Origin: a virus
DNA: 64,000 nt
IMG/VR virus record: IMGVR_UViG_3300001796_000002
Strand: one strand, 5' to 3'
Below, piece by piece: positions 16,896 to 27,035 of the stretch (positions within the stretch are counted from its first letter, which is position 1; every line of letters starts with the position of its first letter). Under the pieces are notes generated by a model that was given only the letters and a program-made list of their open reading frames with translations, did no database searches and had not been told where the DNA came from. The translations under genes were made by a program, and so were the position numbers.

Positions 16896-17087
16896 ATGGC
16901 CAACGAAGCTGTAGAGGTTGGCATAGAAAAGATGATGTTTTTTTTCGGCACTGTCATCACTTTTCTGTTATCTATCATCACTTTTTTTCTCATTCGATTC
17001 ATCAATAACAGTGATGCTCAAATGAAGGAACTAAGAGACATGACATCCGACCACGAAACAAGAATTACAGTGCTAGAAAAAGAATAA
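16896..17087 (+). CDS. Small TM plus coiled-coil protein (holin-like/XhlA-like)
   Basis: One TM then ...HETRITVLEKE. Confidence 0.55.
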   Translation: MANEAVEVGIEKMMFFFGTVITFLLSIITFFLIRFINNSDAQMKELRDMTSDHETRITVLEKE

Positions 17088-17113
17088 TTATTCACTCCAA
17101 AAAATCAAAAACG

Positions 17114-17788
17114 ATGAAACGTTTTTTCAGAAAAATATTAGCCTTTTTGGCTTCATTGTTTACCAACGTAAATGAATGGATTTACGATCATGTTCAGCCA
17201 TCCATTGAAATGGTTCAACGTCTCAAAAAAGCAGTTGAAAGTCCGTACGCAAACCTGATCACAACACTCATTCCAGGCAACTGGGATAATATGTTACAGG
17301 AAGCTGCAATTAAGCTGTTGACAAAAGCTGTAGACAATCTGCGTATTACAGAAGACATCTATTTTGATGGTGACTGGACTAGCAAACTTGCAAAGCTCAC
17401 AGAGTATCTACGTAATTCATCTAAACCGATGAGAGGGGCAATATACCACCAACTAGCAGTTGAACTTTCCAAACAAAGTGCATTCGCAAAAAAGTTACAG
17501 GAAGCTGAAGAAAAAGGCATTCCTGTTGAAGAAGTAAAGTTGGATGTAAAGGGACATAGCATTAGTCTGCTCACGCAAATGCAATACAGCAAGTTGAAGG
17601 AAAAAGTTGAGGCGGCAGACCTTCCCGAAGTGGATCCATTTTTAGAGGCAAAAATCAACAATGGTGTTGATCAGTACAACAAGACTTATGAGCGATACAA
17701 GCAGTTGTATCCGGATCATGATCCAACACAGGTTCACACCCTTGAAGAATTAAACCAACTGATTCAGGACGCGGAAGCGAAAGCCTGA
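17114..17788 (+). CDS. Hypothetical helical protein with amphipathic N-terminus
   Basis: MKRFFRKILAFLASLF; late operon. Confidence 0.65.
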   Translation: MKRFFRKILAFLASLFTNVNEWIYDHVQPSIEMVQRLKKAVESPYANLITTLIPGNWDNMLQEAAIKLLTKAVDNLRITEDIYFDGDWTSKLAKLTEYLRNSSKPMRGAIYHQLAVELSKQSAFAKKLQEAEEKGIPVEEVKLDVKGHSISLLTQMQYSKLKEKVEAADLPEVDPFLEAKINNGVDQYNKTYERYKQLYPDHDPTQVHTLEELNQLIQDAEAKA

Positions 17789-17825
17789 TCCTATCAGTTG
17801 AATTGTCTCACACAAAACAGTTTTT

Positions 17826-18284
17826 ATGTTACCAGTAGAATTACAACTTGAGCGCACTCAGGACGTATACGGCAACGATAACGGTGACGGCTATTATCTT
17901 GGCGAAAACGGAGACGGTACAGGATCACCTTATTATACTATTGATTTTTCAGGTTACGGCAATGAAGGAACAGTTGTAAAAACTGTGAATACAGAAGCGC
18001 AGAGTACACCTGAAATTGTTCAGGCTACCGATTCCGAAAAAAAGAAATGGTATGATGTACTTGAACAGATTGGTGGAACCGCCGCGGGTTTGATCACTGC
18101 GATTAAATCTCCTGGAATGCCAGGTACTACAAGCCCCAACATCAATGGTTCGGTAGACATCACCGGTGATAACAAGTACACACCTTCTGTTGATGATAAG
18201 AAGAAAAATAATACAGTATGGGTCATCCTTGTGATCATTCTGATTGCTGTATTGCTATACTTCGCATTCAAAAAAGATAAATAA
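17826..18284 (+). CDS. Putative virion membrane protein with C-terminal TM anchor
   Basis: Acidic/Gly-rich N-terminus; ends KKKNNTVWVILVIILIAVLLYFAFKKDK. Confidence 0.7.
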   Translation: MLPVELQLERTQDVYGNDNGDGYYLGENGDGTGSPYYTIDFSGYGNEGTVVKTVNTEAQSTPEIVQATDSEKKKWYDVLEQIGGTAAGLITAIKSPGMPGTTSPNINGSVDITGDNKYTPSVDDKKKNNTVWVILVIILIAVLLYFAFKKDK

Positions 18285-18291
18285 CGCAGTC

Positions 18292-18747
18292 ATGGCGAAT
18301 ATTCTTAAAGATACGCTTACACCAGGCAAGGGAAACAAAACGGTGAAAACCATCATCGTGATAGCTATTGTAATTGTGGTAATAGTCATTATCTACCAGA
18401 TTTACAAAGCTATCACAGATAGTGGTAAGGCTTTGGGTGATATCATCGGAATGGAAATCATTGAACAAAAAACCGGTATTGTTCCTGCTCGTCAACGTGT
18501 ATGTAAAGAAGTTGCAGAAAACTGCGAGAGTGCTATCACCCGTCTTTGGATTTTCGGTAACAAGTTATGGGTGAATGATGATGAAATCGTAGACCAGTTG
18601 AACAAATTATTGACACCGGCTGAAGCTGCATTGACATCAGTTTTCTTCAAAGAACAATCAGGAGAAACTTTGAAGTCCATCGTAGAGGGTGGCTATTTCG
18701 TAGAAAAAAACCGTAAACGAATTACCCTTCGTCAATACCTGGCATAA
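18292..18747 (+). CDS. Putative virion membrane protein with N-terminal TM
   Basis: KTIIVIAIVIVVIVIIYQIYK; start ATG 18292. Confidence 0.7.
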   Translation: MANILKDTLTPGKGNKTVKTIIVIAIVIVVIVIIYQIYKAITDSGKALGDIIGMEIIEQKTGIVPARQRVCKEVAENCESAITRLWIFGNKLWVNDDEIVDQLNKLLTPAEAALTSVFFKEQSGETLKSIVEGGYFVEKNRKRITLRQYLA

Positions 18748-18748
18748 T

Positions 18749-19243
18749 ATGAGTCAAAAGAAACTGATCATCATCCTTGTAGTTGTAATCGTGATAGCTG
18801 TGATTACATGGTTTGTGTATAAGCATTACCAAAAACAGTTGCATAAGAAATTTCCGATTCGCAAAGGTAGTAAAGGGAAAGGTGTACAGTTCGTTCAGCT
18901 AACATTTGACGCACCATTAACCGGTGTATGGGATGATACGTTTAACGACCACGTGAAAAATCAAACCGGTAACGATTCACTTGAGTGGTCAAAAAAGGAT
19001 CTGTTTGATTACTGGTTTAAAACAGCACTAACATCTGAAACATTTCCACTGGTGCCGGGTCAATCTAGTGGATGGATTATAGCAGTACAGGTGATGCTTG
19101 GAGCAAATAAGTTTACTGATTACTACGATCAGGATACGGTAACTCTGGTAAAAAAAGCCATCGGAAAGGATACAATATCCCTGATGGATTATCTCACAAT
19201 CGGCGAAGATGTTTTTGGCATTGATGCAGCCGATTACAAATAA
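18749..19243 (+). CDS. Membrane protein with two degenerate peptidoglycan-binding-like repeats
   Basis: N-terminal TM; PIRKGSKGKGVQFVQ..TGVWDDTF and PLVPGQSSGWIIAVQ..TDYYDQDT resemble PG_binding_1. Confidence 0.6.
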   Translation: MSQKKLIIILVVVIVIAVITWFVYKHYQKQLHKKFPIRKGSKGKGVQFVQLTFDAPLTGVWDDTFNDHVKNQTGNDSLEWSKKDLFDYWFKTALTSETFPLVPGQSSGWIIAVQVMLGANKFTDYYDQDTVTLVKKAIGKDTISLMDYLTIGEDVFGIDAADYK

Positions 19244-19248
19244 AAGTT

Positions 19249-19416
19249 ATGGCAACCTTTTTTGATCAATTATTTAATCAGGGTAAGTTACCCGATATCA
19301 ATGTTGAGGTTCAACTTGACAATGCAAGTGTTGTACGGCTTGGCGTTATGATCATGATTGTAATGCTGCTCACTATTCTGCTGTATGTGGTGATCCGCAA
19401 AAAGGCAGGTGTATAA
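19249..19416 (+). CDS. Small single-pass membrane protein (55 aa, absent from the ORF track)
   Basis: ...VRLGVMIMIVMLLTILLYVVIRKKAGV. Confidence 0.7.
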   Translation: MATFFDQLFNQGKLPDINVEVQLDNASVVRLGVMIMIVMLLTILLYVVIRKKAGV

Positions 19417-19441
19417 ATCTATTCACCTAAAAATTTATTTC

Positions 19442-20071
19442 ATGGCTATTTTTGCATTACCTACAGCCGCAGCTTTAACAAACGCAGCCACAAAAGCCGG
19501 TACGGATATATTCAATTCCATCTTATCAAAAAATGGAGTATCTCCATCTTTTTTTTCTACGTTCAAATTGTTGTCTTTTTTAGATAACAGTACATCACAG
19601 TGGAAAAGTAGACTTGCGAAACTTCGTGAGTTTACACCTGAAGGACGCATTTTATTCTACATTGATAAGATGCAGAATAACCAACCGTTTCATGGTTCCT
19701 GTGTTCAATATGCAGAACTGTTCGGCACTTCGTATGACGGTAAATCCGGTTTGGATGATCGAGGTAAGGTATCGGTTGAACTATTAGAAGTGTTTAACCT
19801 ACTTGCAGACGAAAAATATTTTCGTGGCAAAGAAACTGCTACGGATGGTCATACTTATCAGCGTGCTAGAATTTTGAATCGCTTGGACATTGCTCCTGAC
19901 TATGCTGCTGTTGTGCAAAAGAGACAAGCAGCATCGAGGTCTAACCTGGAAATTGCCAAAATAACCCCGGAAGGTGTTCCCGATAGCAATAGCAACATGA
20001 TCTATATTCTTGTCGCCCTGGTTGTTATAGGTATCATCGCTTTTATTGTTTCAAAATCAAAAAAGGCATAA
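19442..20071 (+). CDS. Putative virion membrane protein with C-terminal TM anchor
   Basis: ATG 19442 preferred over GTG 19409; C-terminal TM plus KK. Confidence 0.75.
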   Translation: MAIFALPTAAALTNAATKAGTDIFNSILSKNGVSPSFFSTFKLLSFLDNSTSQWKSRLAKLREFTPEGRILFYIDKMQNNQPFHGSCVQYAELFGTSYDGKSGLDDRGKVSVELLEVFNLLADEKYFRGKETATDGHTYQRARILNRLDIAPDYAAVVQKRQAASRSNLEIAKITPEGVPDSNSNMIYILVALVVIGIIAFIVSKSKKA

Positions 20072-20072
20072 G

Positions 20073-20705
20073 ATGAATTTGATTAAAGGACTTGCAACGC
20101 TTACTGATCTGCTGCGCAATGAATACATTAGTTTGTTCAACAGAGCGCAAGTAAAGCCTACGAGTATTTCAAAGGTAGAAACGGCTTACAGACAACTTGT
20201 ATCCAATAAAGCACGCTATGAAGCTGTTGCCAATGCTTTTAAACTGCCTGGTGTACCCTGGTATCTTATTGGTTGTATTCATATGCGTGAATCTTCATTT
20301 CGTTTTACCGGTCATCTTCACAATGGTGATCCGCTTACAGCGAAGACAAAAAATGTTCCATCAGGTAGACCATTGAACAGTCCTAAAGCAGGTATTGGTA
20401 AGCCATATACCTGGGAAGAATCTGCAATTGATGCTATTAGTTTAAAGTTATCCGGATCACCTTCATGGTACAATTATAAAAATGATAAAAGCACCGCAAG
20501 CCTGTTGAATAAATTAGAGGCTTTCAACGGTGCCGGTTATCGTAATAAAAATATTCCTTCCCCTTATCTGTGGGCAGATAGTACCATTCAAGTGCCTGGA
20601 AAGTTTGTAGCAGATGGACAATTTAATCCGTCTGTAGTTGATCAGCAGTTAGGAGCCGGTACGCTACTTAAATACTTCCTAGAACAGGAAGCAAAAAAAA
20701 AATAG
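20073..20705 (+). CDS. Lysozyme-family hydrolase (copy 2)
   Basis: Copy of 613..1245. Confidence 0.8.
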   Translation: MNLIKGLATLTDLLRNEYISLFNRAQVKPTSISKVETAYRQLVSNKARYEAVANAFKLPGVPWYLIGCIHMRESSFRFTGHLHNGDPLTAKTKNVPSGRPLNSPKAGIGKPYTWEESAIDAISLKLSGSPSWYNYKNDKSTASLLNKLEAFNGAGYRNKNIPSPYLWADSTIQVPGKFVADGQFNPSVVDQQLGAGTLLKYFLEQEAKKK

Positions 20706-20787
20706 CAGCCCCGTGGCTTGGCTTCTTAATTATGGCTATGCTGTTTCTGATCGTGTTTCTTTTTTTATCACGGGTCAATAAAAAGTA

Positions 20788-21177
20788 ATGGCAGATGTAC
20801 ATCAAATATTCAACGACACCACAAAAGACCTGCTGTTTGCAATCCTGACAGCATTAGGAGGCTCTATGATTGACGTTAAAGGAATTTATCATGATTCGAG
20901 AGATGACCTCTTATACGCGATACTAGAGCGTTTGGACGGTACCGCAGGACTGGTAAAAAAGGTTGCTGTATTTACAGTGATTTCTAATATTGAAAACCGG
21001 TTTGTTTCAAACTACCAAAATATTGTAGGTGCTAACGGTGTACTGATTAATATCGGTAGCCAATTTGTTGATACCTCTATAACAGACAACCGTTACGCTT
21101 TACCTAACCTGGAAACCGGTGATATTGATTTCCCGCCCTTGTATCAAGGTGAACAAGTAATCATTTTAAAATACTGA
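20788..21177 (+). CDS. Hypothetical structural protein (copy 2)
   Basis: Copy of 1328..1717. Confidence 0.6.
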   Translation: MADVHQIFNDTTKDLLFAILTALGGSMIDVKGIYHDSRDDLLYAILERLDGTAGLVKKVAVFTVISNIENRFVSNYQNIVGANGVLINIGSQFVDTSITDNRYALPNLETGDIDFPPLYQGEQVIILKY

Positions 21178-21179
21178 TC

Positions 21180-24100
21180 ATGAAAAGAATTTTGTTGATC
21201 CTAACCATGGCTATCAACGCATTTTTTTGCGTTATGGTCCATGGACAAACTGTACCTACTGAGCAACCGCAACGTGTACAGCATCCATACTACCAGTATG
21301 ATGGATTTATTGAAGCAAAAAAAGGGATTTTGTTACCACGTAGGATAGCAAACTTTACACCTAAATCACCGGTGCTTATTTATGATACGGTGTCGGGAAA
21401 AGTGTCTGTTTACTTTGGTGGGTGGAAGTCATTCCAGAATGTGGCATATACATCGGACTACAACGATCTTATCAACCGTCCTGATCTTACTCAGTATGTT
21501 CCTACGAGTAGAACAATCAACGGTTATTCACTAACAAGCAATATCACCATAAACAAAGTGGATATTGGCTTAGGTAATGTTCAGAATGTTGATGTAACAA
21601 ATGCAGGTAACATTACATCAGGCACTTTGTCCGATGCTAGGCTATCAGCCAATGTTACATTACAAGGGAATACATTCAACGGTGCAAATCAGTTGTTACA
21701 ATTGGATGCCGGTGGTAAGGTCGCTTACGCTAACTTACCGGCTTCACTGATGATCTATAAGGGTGTTTGGGATGCTTCAACAAATACACCAACGCTTGCA
21801 GATGGATCAGGAGTGAATGGATGGGTGTATCGTGTGCATCCGGGGGGTACTGTAAATTTTGGTTCCGGTAACATCACATTTTTATCAGGGGACTATGTTA
21901 TTTATAATGGATCAGTTTGGCAGAAAAGTGCCGGTGGTGATGCTGTAACATCTGTCAATGGTCAACAAGGTGTAGTTGTGTTAACTACTGCAAATATTGC
22001 GGAAGGTGGAACAAACTACTACTATACAAACACACGGGTACAAACATTTGGTGATACTAGGTATAGTCTGCTCAATCATGAACACGTCTATTCTGATATT
22101 GCTAATCTCAGCAGTTACACGGGTTTTGATGTTAGATACAAACCTATCAGTTATGTTCCTGCATGGTCTGAAATCACAGGTAAGCCATCATTTGCGACAG
22201 TAGCAATAAGTGGATCTTATACTGATTTAAGCGGAACGCCCACACTTGGTTCATTATCTGCACTCAGTAGTATTGGCAACACATATATCACAGATGTAGC
22301 CTGGTCAAAAGTAACCGGTGCTCCATCTTTTTTAACTACTGAAAATGATCCTGTTTATACTGCATCATCATGGTATAGCACTACTAATAATGCAAGCAAC
22401 TGGAATACAGCTTATGCATGGGGCAACTATGCGAATCGTACACTTACAATCAATGGCACAACCTATGATCTTTCAACCAACAGATCGTGGTCTGTTGGAA
22501 CTGTAACAGGAACAGGTACTTCTGGTAATATACCTCTTTGGAATAATGCTAGTGATATTGGAAATAGTGTAATGGTACAAAGTGGTGGGGCTATCTATAA
22601 TTACGGAAGATTTCATGGACATACTGGAAATACTGGAACATCATATAGTAATATGCAGATAGAAGCATATAGCTCATCAGGCGCTACTGGTGTAGCAGGT
22701 TATTCGTTTCATATTGGAGGCTTTACTGCACAATCTTTGTATCTAACAGCAAGTGGAAATGTAACTTTAAGCACTGGTTTAAATATACAAGGTGCTGCAT
22801 CTATCTCTGGTTCAACTTCAATATCTGGTCCTGCAAATATTACTGGAACTATACATGCTAATCAGGCGGGTGCAAATATTCGTCTTTACTCGGATGGCAC
22901 AACAGCAAACGATGGTTTTGTGGGGGTTTCTGGTAGCAATATATACTTAACAAATTGGAATGGAACAAGGGGGGTTACTATTGGAGCTGATAACGCAGGT
23001 TTTACTCATTCTGTAACAGCTGCAAACTTAGTAAACTCAAAAGGCTTTAGCGCATTAAATAAATCATCAAGTTCAGCAAATGATGTTGTTACAGTTTATG
23101 CTCCAACAGGTGCAAGTTATTCTGATGATGGTAGTACGGGCGCAATTAAAATAAGACTTCCATTTAAGGCAGCGAACCCTATGTGGACAATGAAAGTCAG
23201 AATTTACAACTATTCTACTCACCAAACTTCTGAATATCTTTTAGGAAACTATTCTTATTCTGATGGCGGTTATAATTATTCCGCTTCATTTTCTGGTGGT
23301 TCTAATGCCTCTCCACTAACTGTAAGATTTGGTAATGATGGAACGTATGATTGCGTATGGATTGGTGAAACAAATACTGTTTGGACATATCCAGTAATTA
23401 GTGTTGTTGATTACACTGCTGGATTTAGATCAGCTGGTGTATTTCAAGCTAAAGATTGGAATATATCCATAGTAACATCTTTTGGCACTGTGGCAGTTGC
23501 CACAAGTCCAGCCATTCGATTCTCAGATGTATATGCTTCATCGTTTAATGGTTCTGCATCAGGTTTAACAGGTACAGCTAGTAGTTTGACTGCTGGTAAT
23601 AGTAACGGGTTAGGAGGATACTCTGTTAACTTAACTTCAAACGGAACAACTATTTCAAACACATTAATAGGTTTTGAAAGCGGTGTTATAAAACCATTTG
23701 CTTCTGGAGCAGTACAATCATTCTTAGGTCTTGGTTCTGCTGCATATACTGCAAGTTCTGCATATGAAGTACCTCTATCATTTTCAACTGGACTTAACAG
23801 AAGTGGCAACACTATCACAAATACGGGTGTAACTTCTTTAACTGGAACATCGAACCAAATTGCGGTATCAGCTGCTACAGGATCAGTTACAGTAAGTCTT
23901 ACCAACAATGTTGTAATACCAGGCACAATCACATCATCTGCTAGTTATGAAAGTTCAGACCGTAGGTTAAAACGAGCATTATCCGGAACAAGGTTAATTG
24001 GTCAAATTGAATCGCTCCAGGCTCGGTTATATGTAAAGGATGGAAGGGATGAGTACGGATATTACGCTCAGGATGCACTGAAAATTATCCCTACAGCCGT

Positions 24101-24224
24101 AAAGCAGAGAGCAGATGGCTATTATGATCTGTCCTACACTCAGGTGTTCGTTGTAAAAATTGCATCACTTGAAAAACGTGTAGCGGAACTGGAAACATTA
24201 CTTAAAAAAATCTACGGAAAATGA
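21180..24224 (+). CDS. Fibre/spike protein with S74-type chaperone (copy 2)
   Basis: Copy of 1720..4764. Confidence 0.85.
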   Translation: MKRILLILTMAINAFFCVMVHGQTVPTEQPQRVQHPYYQYDGFIEAKKGILLPRRIANFTPKSPVLIYDTVSGKVSVYFGGWKSFQNVAYTSDYNDLINRPDLTQYVPTSRTINGYSLTSNITINKVDIGLGNVQNVDVTNAGNITSGTLSDARLSANVTLQGNTFNGANQLLQLDAGGKVAYANLPASLMIYKGVWDASTNTPTLADGSGVNGWVYRVHPGGTVNFGSGNITFLSGDYVIYNGSVWQKSAGGDAVTSVNGQQGVVVLTTANIAEGGTNYYYTNTRVQTFGDTRYSLLNHEHVYSDIANLSSYTGFDVRYKPISYVPAWSEITGKPSFATVAISGSYTDLSGTPTLGSLSALSSIGNTYITDVAWSKVTGAPSFLTTENDPVYTASSWYSTTNNASNWNTAYAWGNYANRTLTINGTTYDLSTNRSWSVGTVTGTGTSGNIPLWNNASDIGNSVMVQSGGAIYNYGRFHGHTGNTGTSYSNMQIEAYSSSGATGVAGYSFHIGGFTAQSLYLTASGNVTLSTGLNIQGAASISGSTSISGPANITGTIHANQAGANIRLYSDGTTANDGFVGVSGSNIYLTNWNGTRGVTIGADNAGFTHSVTAANLVNSKGFSALNKSSSSANDVVTVYAPTGASYSDDGSTGAIKIRLPFKAANPMWTMKVRIYNYSTHQTSEYLLGNYSYSDGGYNYSASFSGGSNASPLTVRFGNDGTYDCVWIGETNTVWTYPVISVVDYTAGFRSAGVFQAKDWNISIVTSFGTVAVATSPAIRFSDVYASSFNGSASGLTGTASSLTAGNSNGLGGYSVNLTSNGTTISNTLIGFESGVIKPFASGAVQSFLGLGSAAYTASSAYEVPLSFSTGLNRSGNTITNTGVTSLTGTSNQIAVSAATGSVTVSLTNNVVIPGTITSSASYESSDRRLKRALSGTRLIGQIESLQARLYVKDGRDEYGYYAQDALKIIPTAVKQRADGYYDLSYTQVFVVKIASLEKRVAELETLLKKIYGK

Positions 24225-24895
24225 AAAAGCTAATCACGATCTGTGCGCTGATCCTGATCACTGCACTATGTTCATTCACCACTCACTTTTTCTCCTGGGC
24301 ATCACTTGCAAGCAATCAACATATTTCGCTGAATAACTTGAAGGATGCAGTAGACAATGGCGTATTCAACTTAAAAAATGCGATACCTGCCGGCACGAAG
24401 CTGATTACAAAAAATGATGCAGTGTACTACGTGTACCTGAATGAATCCTATTCCCCATATGCAGGTAAAGCAAGCAATCAGCATGTAACAAAATCTGATC
24501 TGCAAGCAAATACAACTTATACACTTCATGTCTACGGTGTACCTGGTGTTGGTTGTCAAGATGCTGTATTATGGCTAGTGGCTAACACTACCGTTCCATG
24601 CGATGCATCATTACAGTTTGATTGGTGTGCAGATAATGGTTCAACAGGTACACATACACTTACGATCCCATCCGGACAAACATCTGTAAGCCTTAACGTG
24701 AATACCGGTGATTATGGCGGTACCGGTTGCGTTGGTACGGATGTTCGCATCAAACCCAACAGTTTATCATTTAGCAATACCTGTAGTCCCGATCCACACA
24801 CTTGGCGTGTTACATCGGATACATGGGATAATGGATGTAACTATTCGCTACCGGCAAGTACACAAGTGATCTGTGTAAAAGGTTGCCCTATTTAA
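24221..24895 (+). CDS. Secreted Cys-rich protein (copy 2)
   Basis: Copy of 4761..5435. Confidence 0.7.
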   Translation: MKKLITICALILITALCSFTTHFFSWASLASNQHISLNNLKDAVDNGVFNLKNAIPAGTKLITKNDAVYYVYLNESYSPYAGKASNQHVTKSDLQANTTYTLHVYGVPGVGCQDAVLWLVANTTVPCDASLQFDWCADNGSTGTHTLTIPSGQTSVSLNVNTGDYGGTGCVGTDVRIKPNSLSFSNTCSPDPHTWRVTSDTWDNGCNYSLPASTQVICVKGCPI

Positions 24896-24919
24896 TGTAA
24901 ATTTTAAAACCATCATAAC

Positions 24920-25303
24920 ATGAAAAGAACAATTTTATTGACAGCATTAGCAAGCGTTTCACTGGCCACAATCGCACAAAAAGTAGAGCCTGTAAAATCT
25001 GCACCAGCAACGGCTGTACAGGCTGCAAAAACCAACACAACAGATACTTTGGTGATCGAGAAAGTGAAGTTTATCAAAATCGGTGAAAAGGTATTTTCAG
25101 TTGCAGACCTGGGCAATCCTGGCAACGTTGCACTGATTGTACCCATCGAGTGGATCGCAGAAAATTATGAGTACCTGGATAATTCCAGTGGTGGCTATTC
25201 AAAGAAGCAATTAGAGCAGCTACAGAAGCCATTGGCACCATGGTACCGGTATTATGTTGACTGGCTACAGCAGCAAAGACAACAAGCGAAAAAGCAGGAG
25301 TGA
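24920..25303 (+). CDS. Secreted hypothetical protein (copy 2)
   Basis: Copy of 5460..5843. Confidence 0.7.
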   Translation: MKRTILLTALASVSLATIAQKVEPVKSAPATAVQAAKTNTTDTLVIEKVKFIKIGEKVFSVADLGNPGNVALIVPIEWIAENYEYLDNSSGGYSKKQLEQLQKPLAPWYRYYVDWLQQQRQQAKKQE

Positions 25304-25964
25304 GTTCAGTTGGTTTCTCACCTGCGGCGGTGCTACCCGGTAGTACCGCTTTTTTATTTGATAGGATCCTGAATGTAACCACTAATTGTGCGTTGCTGCA
25401 GCAACATAAAAAAAGCAGATGCGGGATCCCAAATTTGGAAGTTTCAGAATTATCACTACTTTTATACCGCAACAGAATACTCAAGGGTGGTAACGCCCGA
25501 TTTTGTGGGCTTTTTTTATGCCCTCACCCATAAGCGGTGTCATACCCCCGTTAACCGGTTGTAATGACCGGTTTCAGCCCTTGAGTGGACTGTTGCAACG
25601 GGAAAGGTGGCACCGCTTTTAATTCGCCCCTATAAGCAAAAAAACACTCATTTATGAACAACCCACAAAGAAACCTGAGTACAAAGGAAAATTCCTTACA
25701 GGTATTGACACCCGAAATGCAACGTCTTGTCAAGGGTCTTGACCTGATGCCGCTCGAAGATTTACCTTTTCATTTACGTGCTGTGCATGATCATGTGGTT
25801 CACCATTCGACCACAGATTTGGATGAAAATCTACGCACATCATTGTATCACTTAAACTGGCTTGCTATGGAACTACATGGAGCGCATGTAATGGCAGGTA
25901 AGTAATTTTTTATTTACTTATCCCCCCAAAGTAAAGCCCTACCCCAAAGGGCTTTTTTTATGCC

Positions 25965-27035
25965 CTATATCACTGGAAAATTATTGATCAATTGTACACA
26001 ATCTTCCACCCCTAAACTTTTTAAATATTCATCGAAGACTTTTAAGTCACTATGCCCTTTCTGCAACTGTAGCTGTTTATGTGGTATGCCACTCATAGCG
26101 CTTTCCCTGATACCGGTGTGAACCCATGAATAAAATCCATACCGATTTGAAATATTGAGTTGGTCTAATATTTTACGATGCCGCTTTGTAAGGTTATTCA
26201 TAGATAACATTTGTGAACCAGGTTGACCGTGTTTTGAAAATATAAACCATTCAGATGGATAGCCCCTGAACTTATTTATAATGTCTTGCATCGGTACCGG
26301 TATTGCTTTACGCAAAACATCATCATCCTTTGTTATGCGCACACCGGCTTCAACTCTCATTTCATCGAACAGAATATTTTCGATCCTTAACTGTCTGATC
26401 TCAGCAGGTCGGAAAAAAAGATAATACTGAAACAATATCGCATCCCATAACTGCGGGTCTTGTTCGATTACTTTTTCTTTGATGGTTGCAACCTGATTAG
26501 GGTGGAAGGGTAGTAGACTCTGAGATTTTAATTTCTTCACCTTTATTCCCTCGAACGGATTGTGTGGGTATCTCAGTTGTTTGACAAGGTCTTTAAACAA
26601 ACAGCCTAAAAATATTTTTGCTTTCAGAATATAATTATTGTGATAATCCTGCTCATACATGAATCGAATGTACTCAGCCGGTGATATATCCGGTTTTTTT
26701 GCCTTTGCCGGTCTATACCATTCAGAGAACTTTTTCAAGTGAGAAAAATAGCATTGGTACGATTTTTTGGCTAGGGATGGTCGTTTGTATTCCAATGCTG
26801 CATCGAGATTACCAATCAGGTCGGTTCGTTGCCTGATTTCTACTCTCTGTGGGTCTGTTAACTTTTTAATCAATTTGCGAGCTTCCCGCATCCGTTCGGC
26901 AACGGTAGAAAGTTTGTTCAACTTTCCATAAACTTTTTGTGGTCTTCCGGCTTTGTCCTGGTATTGAACAAACCAAGTTTTAGAAATGTCCCGACTTAGC
27001 GGATACAGTTTTGGAAAAAAATTTTTTTTATCCAT
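25965..27035 (-). CDS. int: Tyrosine integrase (copy 2)
   Basis: Copy of 6505..7575. Confidence 0.9.
   Translation of the reverse strand: MDKKNFFPKLYPLSRDISKTWFVQYQDKAGRPQKVYGKLNKLSTVAERMREARKLIKKLTDPQRVEIRQRTDLIGNLDAALEYKRPSLAKKSYQCYFSHLKKFSEWYRPAKAKKPDISPAEYIRFMYEQDYHNNYILKAKIFLGCLFKDLVKQLRYPHNPFEGIKVKKLKSQSLLPFHPNQVATIKEKVIEQDPQLWDAILFQYYLFFRPAEIRQLRIENILFDEMRVEAGVRITKDDDVLRKAIPVPMQDIINKFRGYPSEWFIFSKHGQPGSQMLSMNNLTKRHRKILDQLNISNRYGFYSWVHTGIRESAMSGIPHKQLQLQKGHSDLKVFDEYLKSLGVEDCVQLINNFPVI

Larger units (their letters stand above)
1..19460. mobile_element. Temperate tail-less (probably membrane-containing) phage genome unit, copy 1 (circular permutation)
   Basis: Integrase, attP-like core, repressor, VapE helicase, packaging ATPase, candidate capsid, lysozyme and spike are present. 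No terminase, portal or tail genes were recognised. Confidence 0.85.

Noticed and set aside
19409-19441. GTG start at 19409, and other upstream TTG/GTG starts in the track (586, 7635, 8120, 8135, 13288, 15542, 18244)
   Set aside because: They overlap upstream genes or regulatory sites; downstream ATGs with A-rich leaders fit better.
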